DNA of 64,000 nucleotides from Bigelowiella natans CCMP2755. Lineage: Eukaryota; Protista; Cercozoa. The stretch covers positions 124,001 to 188,000 of the forward strand of contig ADNK01000542.1 of assembly GCA_000320545.1 (NCBI GenBank). Reading direction: 5' to 3'. The position numbers and the translations under genes are program-made. The notes beneath the pieces are model-generated. The model was not told the origin of the DNA. It ran no database searches and was given only the letters and a program-made list of their open reading frames with translations. Below are positions 1-13,016 of the stretch, one piece after another (position 1 is the first letter of the stretch; every line of letters begins with the position of its first letter).

Positions 1-179
1 TCTTCTAAATGGCAAGGCAGCGGTGGCTTCGCATCCTCGTCCTTGGGAACAAAAACCAATCTCCTCTATTGTAAAGGAAAAACATAGGATTTATCATGTA
101 CGACATCCACAATAATGCTAAATTCTACGGTAATCCACGCCATTACATTGACTGCATCATCATCAAATGGTCTCTTCAT
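1..179 (-). CDS. 5' part of an unidentified gene running off the window
   Basis: ATG at 179 reads MKRPFDDDAVN, then a GT..AG intron (about 66-146), then in-frame RRLVFVPKDEDAKPPLPCHLE to the edge. No recognisable domain. Confidence 0.35.
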
Positions 180-198
180 TCAGTGCAATTATTGTTCG

Positions 199-582
199 TT
201 AGTTAGTTAGTTAGTTAATCTTTTCGCGCCCTTGACTTCCCAGCTATGTTGTTACACCGAAGTGATTTTCATAGTGGATGTTGTCTCATAACGGACATTG
301 CGAAAGTCAAAATCGTATTGTTGTTATGATGTTAATTTTTATTTGGCAACAACAAAAACAGCAACAATAAAAACAGCAACAATAACAACAACAATAACAA
401 CAAAAATAAAAAGAAAAAAGTTTATTAGTCCTATAAGTCACAAATTTTGCTATGTTTTGCCATGCAAGTTTTGACTTTCGCAATGTCCGTTATAAGAGAA
501 CATCCACTATGAAAATCACTTCGGTGTAACAACATAGCTGGGAAGTCAAGGGCGCGAAAAGAATAACTAACTAACTAACTAA
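199..582. repeat. Long inverted repeat (arms about 199-312 and 469-582)
   Basis: Arms of about 114 bp are reverse complements with about 3 mismatches; AT-rich (CAA)n spacer. Confidence 0.95.
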
Positions 583-818
583 TAACAACAATAACAACAA
601 CATTATCATCATCATTACATGTAGGAACGAGTAGATCTAGAAGTGAACGACGATAACAACAACCCTCAAGAAGAATGAGGGGGAGGGGGAGGAGGAAGAT
701 GATCAATCAATAGGGGGAGGAAATCCCATTTATTACAATTACAATCAGCTTGTGTGCAACGGATATAAAGTCTTTCCTCCACATGTTTAATGAGTCGCGC
801 AGCAGCATTCATTATTGA

Positions 819-1954
819 ATGTTGATCTCATTCTTGCTGTTATGGACGGCGGCTGCTCTATGCACCACGCTCAGAGGTAATCGAGCTGTTGGGGGAAGGT
901 GGCTTTCTCATCACCGCTGGCATGGTATTCCGGTTTCATGGAAAGTGCAGAAAAAAAGATCACGACGAGACAATACACATATCGCGAGAGTCTCCAGCAT
1001 CACATTATCACGGCTAAACTTTGCCCGGGGCATTCTTGCTCTTTCCCTGGAAGCTACGTGCATAGATGTGGAATTACCAACAAATGGAGGATATGTCAGC
1101 GAATGCATGAAAAATTCGACACAGAAATTCAAACTGAATGGGGGGGAGACGCTCACCCTTAAACAAGGATGGGACGGTCGTCCAGGTTTATACTGCTGCA
1201 GCGTGTGTTGTGCATGTGAGTGAGTGAGTGAGTGTGTGTCCTTACATGTATTTCAAAATATTTCTTAGATACTGCTAATAAGGTTAGCACTCCAATCTAC
1301 TTAGTGATCATGTGACTTCTCTCTACTTCTTCTCCTCCTTCTTCTCCTCATACGAATAATAACAATGATGATACCAAAGGTCACACAGGAACTTCAGTAT
1401 GGCAATCTGGAAAAGCACTTGCGGCATATATGGAAGATCTTGGCCCAGAGTTCTGGTCGGATAAAAAGGTAATTGAGCTTGGATGTGGGACTGGATTGGG
1501 TTCTTTGACAGCGCATTGGCTGGGAGCTGCAGAAGTTTTAGCCACGGATGGAAACGTGGATGTACTTGACCTTGCGGAAGAAAACATCAAGAGCAACAGA
1601 TGCCACAACAGAAGCCAATCATCAACAATCCGAACAGTGAACTTGAAGTGGGGAGGGTCGCTACCCTTGGAGCTACAAAAGGAATGGGATATCGTAATTG
1701 GAAGCGATTTAACATACAATGGGCAGGTTTGGATCCAACTAGCAGAAACTGTGGCTCAGCTTCTAGACTCAAATCCAGCATGTAAGTTTCTCTATTGCTC
1801 AGCCAAACATGCACAATTTTCGGCGGAATTGTCAGGTTTTCAAACTGTCATAGAATCTAAAGGGCTGAGATGGACAAACGAGACAACTTTAGTGCTTCCA
1901 GGGACTAAACAAAGTGCCTCCATAGCATGGATTGTACGATCAGACGTCATCTAA
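819..1954 (+). CDS. METTL21/family-16-type SAM-dependent (lysine) methyltransferase with N-terminal signal and transit-like leader
   Basis: join(819..1185,1380..1954) gives ..GRPGHTGTSVWQSG.., motif I VIELGCGTG, post-I VLATD, then LKWG and DIVIGSDLTY. Hydrophobic N-terminus MLISFLLLWTAAALC. Confidence 0.85.
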
Positions 1955-2834
1955 CCTAAGTAAACAATGGAATGATGGTTATACGAAGGTTTGTCAAGCT
2001 TTTGGACAATGTGTACAGGATACATTCATGCAGTAGCTCCGAACAAGCAGCTTATTTCATAACTACTTTAGCTAATGACCATAGACCACGCGTAGCGCCA
2101 GTCCATAATGCAACTAGTGAATCGAAGAACGCAACGCTAAGGTGTGCGGCTATAAACACCAAACATGGACAGTATCTCACTTAACAGTGATATTACTCGA
2201 TTAATTATTTTGCAGTATTGTTAGACTCGCGTGTCAGCTATCAGTCGTCTATTGGTAGCTCGAGCGTATGTAGTTAGAGTAGAAGCAGCAGCTGCTATTT
2301 CGTTCTGACTTGTATAGTGTGAGGTATGCATATGTGTCAGCATTTAATATATAGCTAGCTGCGGCTGTAGTAGCCGCGCAACACAACATAGCGTCGTATC
2401 TGTGCCATACATGCAATTGCAATGCTCTCCACCGCGCTAGCTATAGCTACTGCCTCGCTCCGATCCGTTATTGCCGGACGGTAGCACGCATTGATGCATG
2501 CATGTAGACAGTAAATAACGCCTATGATACGATCACAACTCCTTTCATCCCACGAGCTTAGAGCTTAAGCACTTCAATGTAAACGAGAAGGACATGTCCA
2601 CCCACTTCCTCCAATATGGGCTTGGCTTTGACTGGTATATGCCTAAACGCGTCACAATGCACATGCACTACAGATACAACGCATGTACGATATATACTGT
2701 GTCCATTGTTGTGGTAATATTTTGTGCCCAAAATATTTTACGTTGTGTTTGCTGGTGTGCACACATTGCAGTTCCAGCAAAGGAAGAGCTAGCGATATGA
2801 TCCCATGTATAGTAAGACAAAAGCTATGATATTT

Positions 2835-4798
2835 TCAAATCTGTGCCACTCGATTTTCCTCGTTGTTTTTTTGGACGGTCCGCATCTTCGCAAGAGTCTG
2901 GTGAAGTATTTCCGTGCTTCTTCTATTGTGGCTTAAACGTGTCTTCACTGGATTTGGGGGAGGAGCTTCTAACGTGTGACGTCTTTGTTGTGTTGATCCT
3001 AGTTTGCTGGCAGCCTGCACGACTGCAATAGTTTCATTCAATAGTTCAGTGCTCTTCCGTGCATGCGAGTGTCTAGCTTGTTTCTTAGTTGAGCTACGCC
3101 ACGTTTCCTCTGTAATGACCTCAGCAGAGAAAACTTTATCTTCATTTTTATTTTCAGATACCGAAACTATAGTGCCTCGTGCTTGTTGAGGTGCAGTAGG
3201 GGACTTCGCTGAAGATATCTCCAATACGGTGCTGAGCAAGTAAGCAATCTCCCTCTTTTGATTGTTAATCTGTTTTGCTTGAATGCCTAGAACTCTATAC
3301 AGATCATGGATTTGATTTGTGATATCCTGTGGTTTTACATTTAGTTCACATAGCTCGAGGCTGTCTTCCTTTTCATCTTCTGATATCGGTGCTTTGCTTT
3401 GAGTACAGTCTCGAGTACATTCTTGCACCTCATTCTCACCATCGTCACTAACTTTCTTGCTGTGCACAATAAGGCTCTGTTGATGTTCATTGTCATTCGG
3501 TGCACATGGGGCGTATAGAATCGGCACAATAATTCTCAAAAGGGAGATAAAACCACCCATCAGTCCGAAGACTACGATAATAATTGCTGTGGCACTTGCA
3601 TGCTCCTCCTTAACGTAGCTACATTTATCGGGGCTGCATTCATCAAAGTAGCTATTATACACAATATCACTAGTTGTGTCTACGATGAATGCTTCTCTTA
3701 TACCGTTTAAAATGGTGGGATACGTGCTCTGGTTCATAGCATAACCAAAAGAGCTATCTGCTAGTGTTGACCAATTCCAAAATTCTCTAGATGCTAAAGC
3801 TTTTGTTGGAAAGTAAGTTAATGTTTCTACAGCACTGCAATAGTATGACACTTCGAAGTCATAGGAAAAGGAAGTATCTCCAAGCAAACTTCCATCCCTA
3901 ATCAAGTATACCATCTATCGTAGTCCTTTTTGCATTCTTTGCCTTCCCAAAAAGAGAAGTAACACTGGAGGTCCGTCCGTGTAATCCGCGCCGTTGACAA
4001 AGTACTGTCATTATTCAAATAAAGGCTTACACCCTCGCAATCGCGGCTGTAGTTGGTTCTGGTATTCCTCCATATGGAAGACATTTGTGACAGAGAGATG
4101 AGAGTATTATTTGGTGCCAACCTAACACTTCGATGATACGCCCAGATGTCTTTATAAGTAGTTGGAACTGACTGAGTATCTCCGGAATATGAGGCAGGAG
4201 AGGCAACATCAAGCATCACACGAAACAATTGAAAGGAGGTACTAAGTAGAGCAGCTATATCTTGCTTTAGTGTATTTCTCTGGACTCCGAAAATTTGGTT
4301 CAAGTCTTGCTTCTTAAGAAGCGTTGGTGACTTGAAGTACTGCTTTCCGAATCGCGTATAAGTTTGCTGTTGAATTGTCAGGGAGATTTTGCACAAATCA
4401 TATATTCCTTTAATCACAAGTTTGAACACATCTTTATCCCAGTTGTCCGTTCTTTTAGATTGGACTGCATTCCAAACATTTGTTATCTCCAGACATAATG
4501 AATCTCGTGTGAAGTTTACTGAGAGGATTTTTGAGTTTTGTACGATAGTATTTGTACACTCACAGTAGGGCTGATAACCGCTTCGAAAAAGATCATTGAT
4601 TTCACGTAAGCCTGGACTTGAGATTACTTCTGAAGTTGCATTTTTTTCCAGAGCGTAATAGAGAGTGAGAGATAGGAGAAGGACAAGGCACACCAGACCA
4701 AAAGTTGTCGTTTGGCGGCAACCATGGATAGCATGCTTATTGGTCCTCTTCTCGACAAACTCTGGGAAGAGGTTGAATTTATGGTACATAGCCAACAT
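2835..4798 (-). CDS. Uncharacterised Cys-rich membrane protein (TM, large Cys/N-glycosylation-rich loop, TM, cytosolic tail); 5' end uncertain
   Basis: Two overlapping ORFs (3902-4798, 2835-3914) joinable by an intron. TM1 FGLVCLVLLLSLTLYYAL, CECTN, YFDECSPDKCSY, TM2 IIIVVFGLMGGFISLLRIIVP. Confidence 0.65.
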
Positions 4799-5946
4799 AG
4801 ACCTCTTTGTGCTGGAGGATAGAACAAATGTTAAATTAATAGTCTATATCCAGGCACAGAAAATTAAGGCAATTGATGCTACCTTTCACTCACGCCTGCA
4901 AGGCTATTTCTTCGGATGTTAGACATGTTTCTTGTTCGATTCAGAGGTCATTTTTTTTCCTTTACTTGATACGAACTACGGCAAACCGTCAGTGGATAGA
5001 TATAGATACGCGTAGATCTACGGGTTAGCTTCTGGCTACTTCCACAGCCAAAGCTGGACTACCTCCTCCTCCAAAAACTGGGTTGTTCGTGCGTCAATAT
5101 CCACCATTTTTATGGTGGATTTCCCTTATAAACATCTGCTGTTACTCTACTCGATAAGTGTGCAGCGTGGTGCTCTATATACTACCACTAGGTACATGTT
5201 CCGCCGTTATTTTATTATTTTTGATCATCTTCACAACGAAAGAGCAGATACGTTACTTTTACAGTTTACAGTTCGTTTGTCGTTGAGCAATTATATTACC
5301 AAAAAGAGTTGTTAGTAATTGTCTCAGGTAGGAAATAACCTGCAGCAGATCTATCGCTACTAATATCGTACAATTTATTGGATGTACCTCTATGTTTGTC
5401 GAGCTCTGTGTATGCTCGTAATTTCTACACTGCGACGTGGGGAAAAATCGTTGAATCTCAGACTTATTATGTTATTAATAATCCGGTATAGTCCAGATGT
5501 ACATGTTGAAACCTCAGCTGATTTATTATTTTTATGGGGTACAATCCTTGACGTAAAGAAGATTTCGATTCTGTAGAATATTTGTAAAGGAATAATAGCA
5601 TTTTCACATCGCGACAACATTTTACATGTGCCGTAATGCATATTTGGATAGATTCCATAGCCACCTCCCTCCATTTTTGCGGGAGCAGTAGTATCCAGGT
5701 AATAAAGATAGTAAATCAATCAGAAGACATTACAGCCAAGTGCCCTGGAGACAGAATTATTCCTCAGAATCAAAAGCTATTCTAGAAACTGAAGTCCTTG
5801 CTTTGTATCGTCCCCCCCTCTATCATTCAGCACATCACTGGCAACGTTTCTTAGATGTCAGTGGAATATATCTAGACGGCACATCAACAGCTCATTATTT
5901 GATTCCAGTATTATTATAAGGGGTGATCTCAGTTGGGTTGTGAAAC

Positions 5947-8900
5947 ATGAGTAATAATGTACGAGTTCTGGCTCGGTTTCGGCCTGCATCTAAGAAGATT
6001 GGACACCGGAAAGAGGTTCACCGTCTGTCTGTCTCCTTGGTTTAATTTGCTGAGAGCTCTCTGAGAAGGAAGGAAGGAAGGAAGGAAGGAAGGAAGGAAG
6101 AGAGAAATTCACCCATCCGCCACAGTATGGATGGTGATGATTACCATCCTCATATTTTCGAAAATACTTCTTTATTCAGGGTAAACAAAAGGGGAAGAAG
6201 AAGCGTAGTGTACCAGTTGACGACCTTGATGACGACGCAAACTTGGATTTTAGTGCAGACAACAAAACGGTTGTCGTAACTGGCGGGTAATCATTCAATC
6301 AATAGAAGTTGCTACACACTACTTTGGTGATTGATCTGTTGCTGATCTTCTTACATCATCAGTGGGGTTATCAAAAGGAGATTCAATTTTGATCATGTCT
6401 TCAAGCCAGATAGCACGCAGGAGGAGCTTTTTGAATATGTAAGAAGAAGAATGCCACTACTCAGATTATTACATCGTCCTTTCATTCTTGCAATAATATT
6501 CGAAAGAAGTGATAAACGGTGACTCTTATCGCCTTCTTCTTCTTCTTCTTCTTCTTCTTCTTCTTCTTTAGGTTGCAAAAGCCACAGTTGATGATATTCT
6601 TACGGGTTACAACGGAACAATCTTCGCGTATGGTCAAACTGGAAGCGGAAAGACTTTCACAATGTTCGGCGAGCCAAAGAGCGAAGGCATCATTCCACGG
6701 TAGTGTACACTTAGTCACTAACATTTCTATCATCATTCTACAATTTATCATCTCTCTTTGCGTCCCATCCCATTTTCCCATTTTGGCCGATAATGATGAT
6801 TGATTGATTGTATGATGGGACAATTTAGCTGCGCGGAAGCTTTGTTCAGGGGTATTGCGAATGCGAAGGTGGAAGTAGAAGAGGTTTTCATCAAATGCTC
6901 TTTTGTGGAAATATACCAGGTAATACTAGAGTTAGCAAACCACTACCACATGATGATGATGATGATGATGATGATGATGTGCTGGTGCTTGGACATGATG
7001 AGACTACCACATGATGATGATGATGTGCTGGTGCTTGGACATGATGAGATATTTGAGTGTCCTACCTTTTATCATTCTTCCTAATTGGGGAGGAGGAGGA
7101 GGAGGAGGTGGAATCTGCCTGTTGCCAGGAATTCATTCATTCATTCTTGAGGAGGAATCTGCTTGTTGCCAGGAATTCATTCATTCATTCTTTAAATCGT
7201 GGTGATCAACCACTTGTTTTTCCTTGTGATTTAGGAAAATGTGAGAGATCTTCTCCAACCTACCGGTGAAAAGCTCAAGATCCGTGAGAAACCTGATGGC
7301 TCTACATATCTACAGGTTTTTGTTGTTGTTGATGATGATGATGATGCACACAGCAGTGTATGTGTAATAAATTGATAATTATGATAATAATCACAATAAG
7401 GGTGCAACGGAAGAGTACGTAGAAGGTCCAAACGACATCTACAAGATCATCAAGCAAGGAAACAAGCACCGTGCAACCTCCAAGACCGATATGAATAGCC
7501 AATCGTCGAGGTCTCATAGCGTTTTGATTATCAACCTTGTGCAGGTGAAGATGATTGATGATAATTGTAGTAGTAGTAGTAGTGATAGTAGAGTTGGTGG
7601 ATGGCGATAGTGGATGATATGGTGGTGTTGGTGGTGGTGGTGTAGATTCGAATTGATGGGACGGACCAGAGATAGTAACACATTCATCATTCAGTGAACA
7701 ACAACTGCATAATGCATATACAAACTGCTATAATTTCTATATTTGAGAATAACCCTGCATGTATGAAAGGGTGTATTTATTAATGACCACAAAGTGTTTA
7801 TATTTTTTAATATTACTATGTATTCTTGATATTTGATATTGATGATCCTTGTTGATAATTATGTATGTATGTATGTATGTATGTATGTATGTATGCAGCG
7901 ATTAAGCAATGGCACCCAACTGGAGGGTGTACTAAACTTGGCGGATCTTGCTGGGAGTGAAAGGGTGGACAGGACACATGTCACTGGTAATATTTAGTGG
8001 CACCAGTACTACGTACCACTAACAGAAGAGGCTACTACTACTACTATTACTACTACTACTACTACTACTACTAATCAAAAGAGAAACAAATACCAAGTTT
8101 GTGGCACTAAATTGTGTTGTTGTTGTTGCTGTTGTTGTTGTTGTTAATGGTAGGGATTGGGTTGGAGGAAGCTAAGAAGATCAACCAGTCGCTATCAGCT
8201 CTAGGGAACTGTATCAAAGCTTTAACAAGCAAATCGAGCAGACATATTCCCTTTCGAGACTCTCAATTGACACGACTTCTGCAAGATGCACTAGGAGGCA
8301 ACTCCAAGACTGTTCTTGTTGTTTGTTGCTCACCTGATAGCAATGACGTTTTTGAAACTCTTTCTACTCTCCGATTTGCTGAAAGGGCAAAGAAAGTAAA
8401 GAACGCTGCCAAAGTGAATACCGTTTTATCTGTGGAAGAATATCAGAAGCTAGTTCAGTCTCTTAGGAAGCAACTTGAGAAAAAGGATAAAATTATACGG
8501 AAACTTCAAGAAACCCTTGAGTCTGGCGGCCAACTTTCAGCTGAAGATTTAGAAATTATCCGATCTGCTTCTGCTACGAGTGGTGGTCCTGCAGCAGTAG
8601 CAGCAGCATCAGCAGCATCATCTCCACGCCCCGTAATAGCTTATGATCGAGCTCAAAGTCAATCTGGGCAGCTCAACATGCATGAAGATGGATTTGTAGA
8701 GGAAGAAGTGGGTAATGACGTCAAGGAGGGGCGAGGAGGAGGAGGAGAAGCAGGAGGTTTGATGGTAGAAGATCCAACAACTCGTGAGGAATCTGAATTT
8801 ATACAGGAAGCATCTGATGTTCTCAAGGGCATTCAAGAGAGTTTGCAGCAAAGCAGTGATGATGGAGGAGGGGGGGGAGATGGTAATAATAGCACTCCGT

Positions 8901-11900
8901 TGCAAGGTTCACCAGCTTTCATTAAAAAAATGGCTGAAAGGTTTCTAGGCCATGGTGGTGGGGATGGTAGTAGTAGTAGTAGTATTAGCGGTGTACTAGC
9001 TGGACGTCGGTCTCCAGGAGAATCGAAGGGAGATGATGTGCTCTTGAATTCTGGAGGCGGTAGCTTTGCATTTCCTGATGGAATGCCTCAGGATGTTAAC
9101 GTTGATCAAGCCGAAGATCTACTCAAGTCCTTCCAAGAGATGCACGGCATGGGTGATGATATGGAGAGTAGCTTCGATGTAAGCAAAAGTAGTAGTAGTG
9201 GTAGATTAGTGGGTAGTAGCAGTAATGGCGAATGGACAGAGACGCCAATAGCAACTCCGAATACTACTAAATCGAAGAAACCACTTGAGAACAACAACAA
9301 CAACAACTCCAAGATTCCAACATTATCAACATTATCATCATCGTCGTCGTTGTCCTCACCACCACCATCATCAAAGCAGCAGCAACACCCACAGCAGTCT
9401 TCTGAGCTTTCATTGGAGCAAGTTTCACAAATGATAAGAGATGCAATTCTTTCCGGGGACAAAGATACGTTCAATAAGTTATGTGCAAGTTCATCTACGG
9501 CAGTGGATCTTACAGAGTACCTTGATATGGTGGTTGATGCTGCGAAGGCTGGAAGCATAGAAATACTGAGGCAATTAGTAGACCATAAAGCCGATATAGA
9601 TGCACAACATGGTAGTTCAGGAAGAACCGCATTAATGGAAAGCAGCAATATTGATGTCGTAACGTATCTAATAGAGTCCAAGGCGAATCTTGATATTCAG
9701 GATGAAGATGGAAATACTGCTCTCATGCACTCTGCAAAACATGGCACTCAAACAATAACCGAAGCTCTTGTTAAGGCTGATGCAAACGTTGATCTAAAAA
9801 ACAAAAAGGGTGTTACAGCAGCAGAAATATCTCGCCAACGAGGCGCTTATATGTTATCCCTCCTTGAAGGCGAGAATGATGATAAGAAGATCATGTCCAA
9901 GAATGGTGAGGAAAAGATGACGACGATTACTACTCCAGAGCAGGCTGTAGCACAGTATGAAACAGAATTGGCTAACGGAAGCATTGATGCTGCTCTGTCA
10001 CTTGCAGAATGCTACTTTTATGGAAAGGGTGTTGACCGAAATCCTGAGAAAGCTTTCGAGCTGTATAACAGTGAAATTCTTGCTGCAAATCCAAAAGCCC
10101 TCACCGAGGTCGGTCGTTGCTATCACTTTGGTATTGGCGTTGGAAAATCATTGGAAAAGGCCATTCCCAAGTACCAGGAAGCGGCGGAAATGAAGTATGC
10201 AGATGCACGTTGCGAGGTTGCGTGGTGCTTTGCGAAAGGGGAGGGGATTCCTAAGGAGCCTGAATTGGCATTCCAAATATTTACTGATCTTAGCCAATCT
10301 GACAATCACGCAGGGGCTATCTGTGGTCTTGGTTATTGTTACCAGAAAGGACTTGGTGTTTCTGTAGTCGATGAGAAGAAAGCTGTGTCACTATACGAGA
10401 AATCGGCTGCTCTGGGGCATGCCAACGCATATACACATCTTGGAAAGTGCTTTCTTGCTGCGAAAGACGACTCAGCTGCATTTCTGCTGTTCCAAAAGGG
10501 TTCAGATCTTGGAGATAGGGTGGGAAAGTACTGCCTCGCTCGCTGTTATCACGAGGGAAAAGGTGTTGCTAAGGACTCGAATAAAGCGGTTGAACTCTAC
10601 CAGAAAGCAACAATCTTGGGAGATACTGATGCCTTATTGCGGCTTGGAAGATGCTACATGAAAGGAGATGGAATTAAGAGAGACCCTACAAAAGCAGTAC
10701 AGCTTTATCAGCGTGCAACGGATCTTGAGAGCACTGGGGGTATGATATCTCTCGGAGACTGCTATGAAAGGGCTACTGGGGTTGAAAGAGACTTTAAAAA
10801 GGCTGCAGCACTGTATCATCAAGCAGCTGATAAGGGAGATCCTAGAGCTATTCTTCGATTGGGTGAGTGCTGCGAGAATGCGAAAGGGGTTGAGAAAGAT
10901 GCAAACATGGCTTTTAAGCACTACAAACGTGCACAAGAAGCAGGCCTGAATGAAGCAACGACTCGGTTAGCATGGTGTTATGCAAACGGTGTAGGAGTAG
11001 AAGAGAAAGACGGAGCTAAAGCCTTTGAGATGTTCTCAAAGGCCATAGAGAATGGCAGCAAGGAGGCTCTTCGAGGACTTGGGTTCTGCTATGAAAAAGG
11101 TCTAGGTGTAAGATCGAATCTTAGAAAGGCTGTGCAGATGTACCAGCAAGCTGCAGAAGCTGGCAACTCTACTGCTTGGAGCGACCTAGCAAATTGTGTC
11201 GTAAATGCGAGCGGAATGAGTCGCAACAACCAAAAGGCATTCCTGTTGTTCAAAAAATCAGCAAGTATGGGCGATGCTGTAGGAAACCGCAAGCTAGGCT
11301 GGTAGTAGTAGTAGTAATAGTAGTAGTACTAGTCCTCCTCACAATAATTGATTTATTCTTTCTTTGTTTCTTTCATCATCATAGGTGTTACGTCAAGGGC
11401 ATTGGAGTTGAGAAAGATGTGAGGAAGGGTGTGCAGTATTATCATCGTGCCGCTGATATGGGGGACTCTATGGCAATTTCAAGTTTGGGAGTTTGCTACG
11501 CTAAGGGCATGGGAGTTAGGAAAGATCAGGTAGTAGTTTGTGGTAGTAGTAGTAGTAGTAGTAGTTTATTTATGTACGTATTTATATATAATGTCGATCG
11601 ATATCAATACCGACGACGATTATGTCCTGTTATGAGAGAATTTGTCGATAATACTATATTCTCCCTAATGTTTGATTATTCTTCTTATGCTATGCTACTA
11701 CTGTAAGGTCAAAGCTTTTGAACTATTCAAACGTGCGGCAGAGATGGGAAATCCTACAGATATTTGCAACCTCGGGGTATGCTACAAGAAGGGGACAGGA
11801 GTTGAAGTCAATCATCAAAAAGCAGCCGAGTTGTACCAAAAGGCAGCGGACATGGGTGATGCAGCCGCTATTTGCAATCTTGGAGTGTGCTATTACAACG

Positions 11901-12054
11901 GCACTGGAGTTGAAAAAAACGGCGACAAGGCTCTTAGGTGCTACCTGCTGCAGCAACACTCACTTCATCATACGACATCAACAACATTCTATTGCTAACG
12001 GCGAATTATTATCAATGTGTAGAAACAAATAATTTCTATATGAATGTAATTATA

Positions 12055-12093
<39 letters not shown>

Positions 12094-13016
12094 ATTTATA
12101 TTTTTACATACATGTTATTTGCGACCCTCCCCGCAGTTTTTGGCATGAAGCCGCGAAGATGGGCAACTCCGCTGCAAAGCACAATCTGGAGCGTTGTCGA
12201 AAGCAGAGAGGGGGTGATAAAGCAGAATCTGTTCTCCTCCTTGCTGCTCTCAGTAAGCTGGTACTACAACTACTACTACTACTACTACTACTACTACCTC
12301 TTCCTCTCCTCCTCCTGCAATATTTATGTATCCTTATTTGCCCATCATCTTGCCCTAACACAAGAGGGAGGCAGGGCTTGTTCGATGTTGTGTGAAACAT
12401 CAATTTTTAAAACCTGATCGAGCGTCATCATTATCATCATCAACAACTACCATAATCATCATCATGCTGTTGATTTATTTGACAGGTTCCCCCAACGGTA
12501 AGTCACAAATCTATGATGCAGAGGCCATTATTTAAAGAACCTATGGCAACGTTGTCTCCAGAAGACCAAACAAAAAGAAGGTCTTTGGCCCTGGAGGCGC
12601 TCAAGATGACGTTAGAACTGGTTGGTAACATGTACTACTACTACTACTACTAGTAGTAGTAGTAGTAGTAGTAGTAGTAGCAGTAGTAGCGGTAGTAATA
12701 GGCTGCTACTAATGATGATGATAATGATTATCTTATGCACCACTGTTGTTTATTTGTACGACAACAGGTCCAGGCAAAGCACCGGAAGGATCTTGCTGAG
12801 GCTGCTCAGAGAGCAAGAGAACAAGCAAAAAATAGCGATGACGAGAGGAAATACAAAGACAGGGGAAAGTTAAGTTCAAAGACAGACCTGAGACTGATCC
12901 AACTGATCGATTCTTGCAAAGCCTTGTTAACTTTATTGTCGGAACCAAAGAAAAGAAATAATGCGCCCAAAATTGTAAAACCAATCCAGCTCCATCGCAA
13001 AAAAGAGAACAAGTAA
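5947..13016 (+). CDS. Kinesin motor protein with ankyrin and SEL1-like repeats
   Basis: Spliced exons give [18 protein letters not shown]-loop [10 protein letters not shown] (about 6626-6655), [33 protein letters not shown]. Then coiled coil, ankyrin repeats (GRTALM, GNTALMH) and more than 15 SEL1 repeats (LGxCYxxGxGVxxD). Final exon ends at 13016. Confidence 0.92.

Noticed and set aside
9106-9681. 191-aa antisense ORF and similar shadow ORFs (8618-8905, 28737-29141)
   Set aside because: Antisense to well-supported coding exons; low-complexity shadows.
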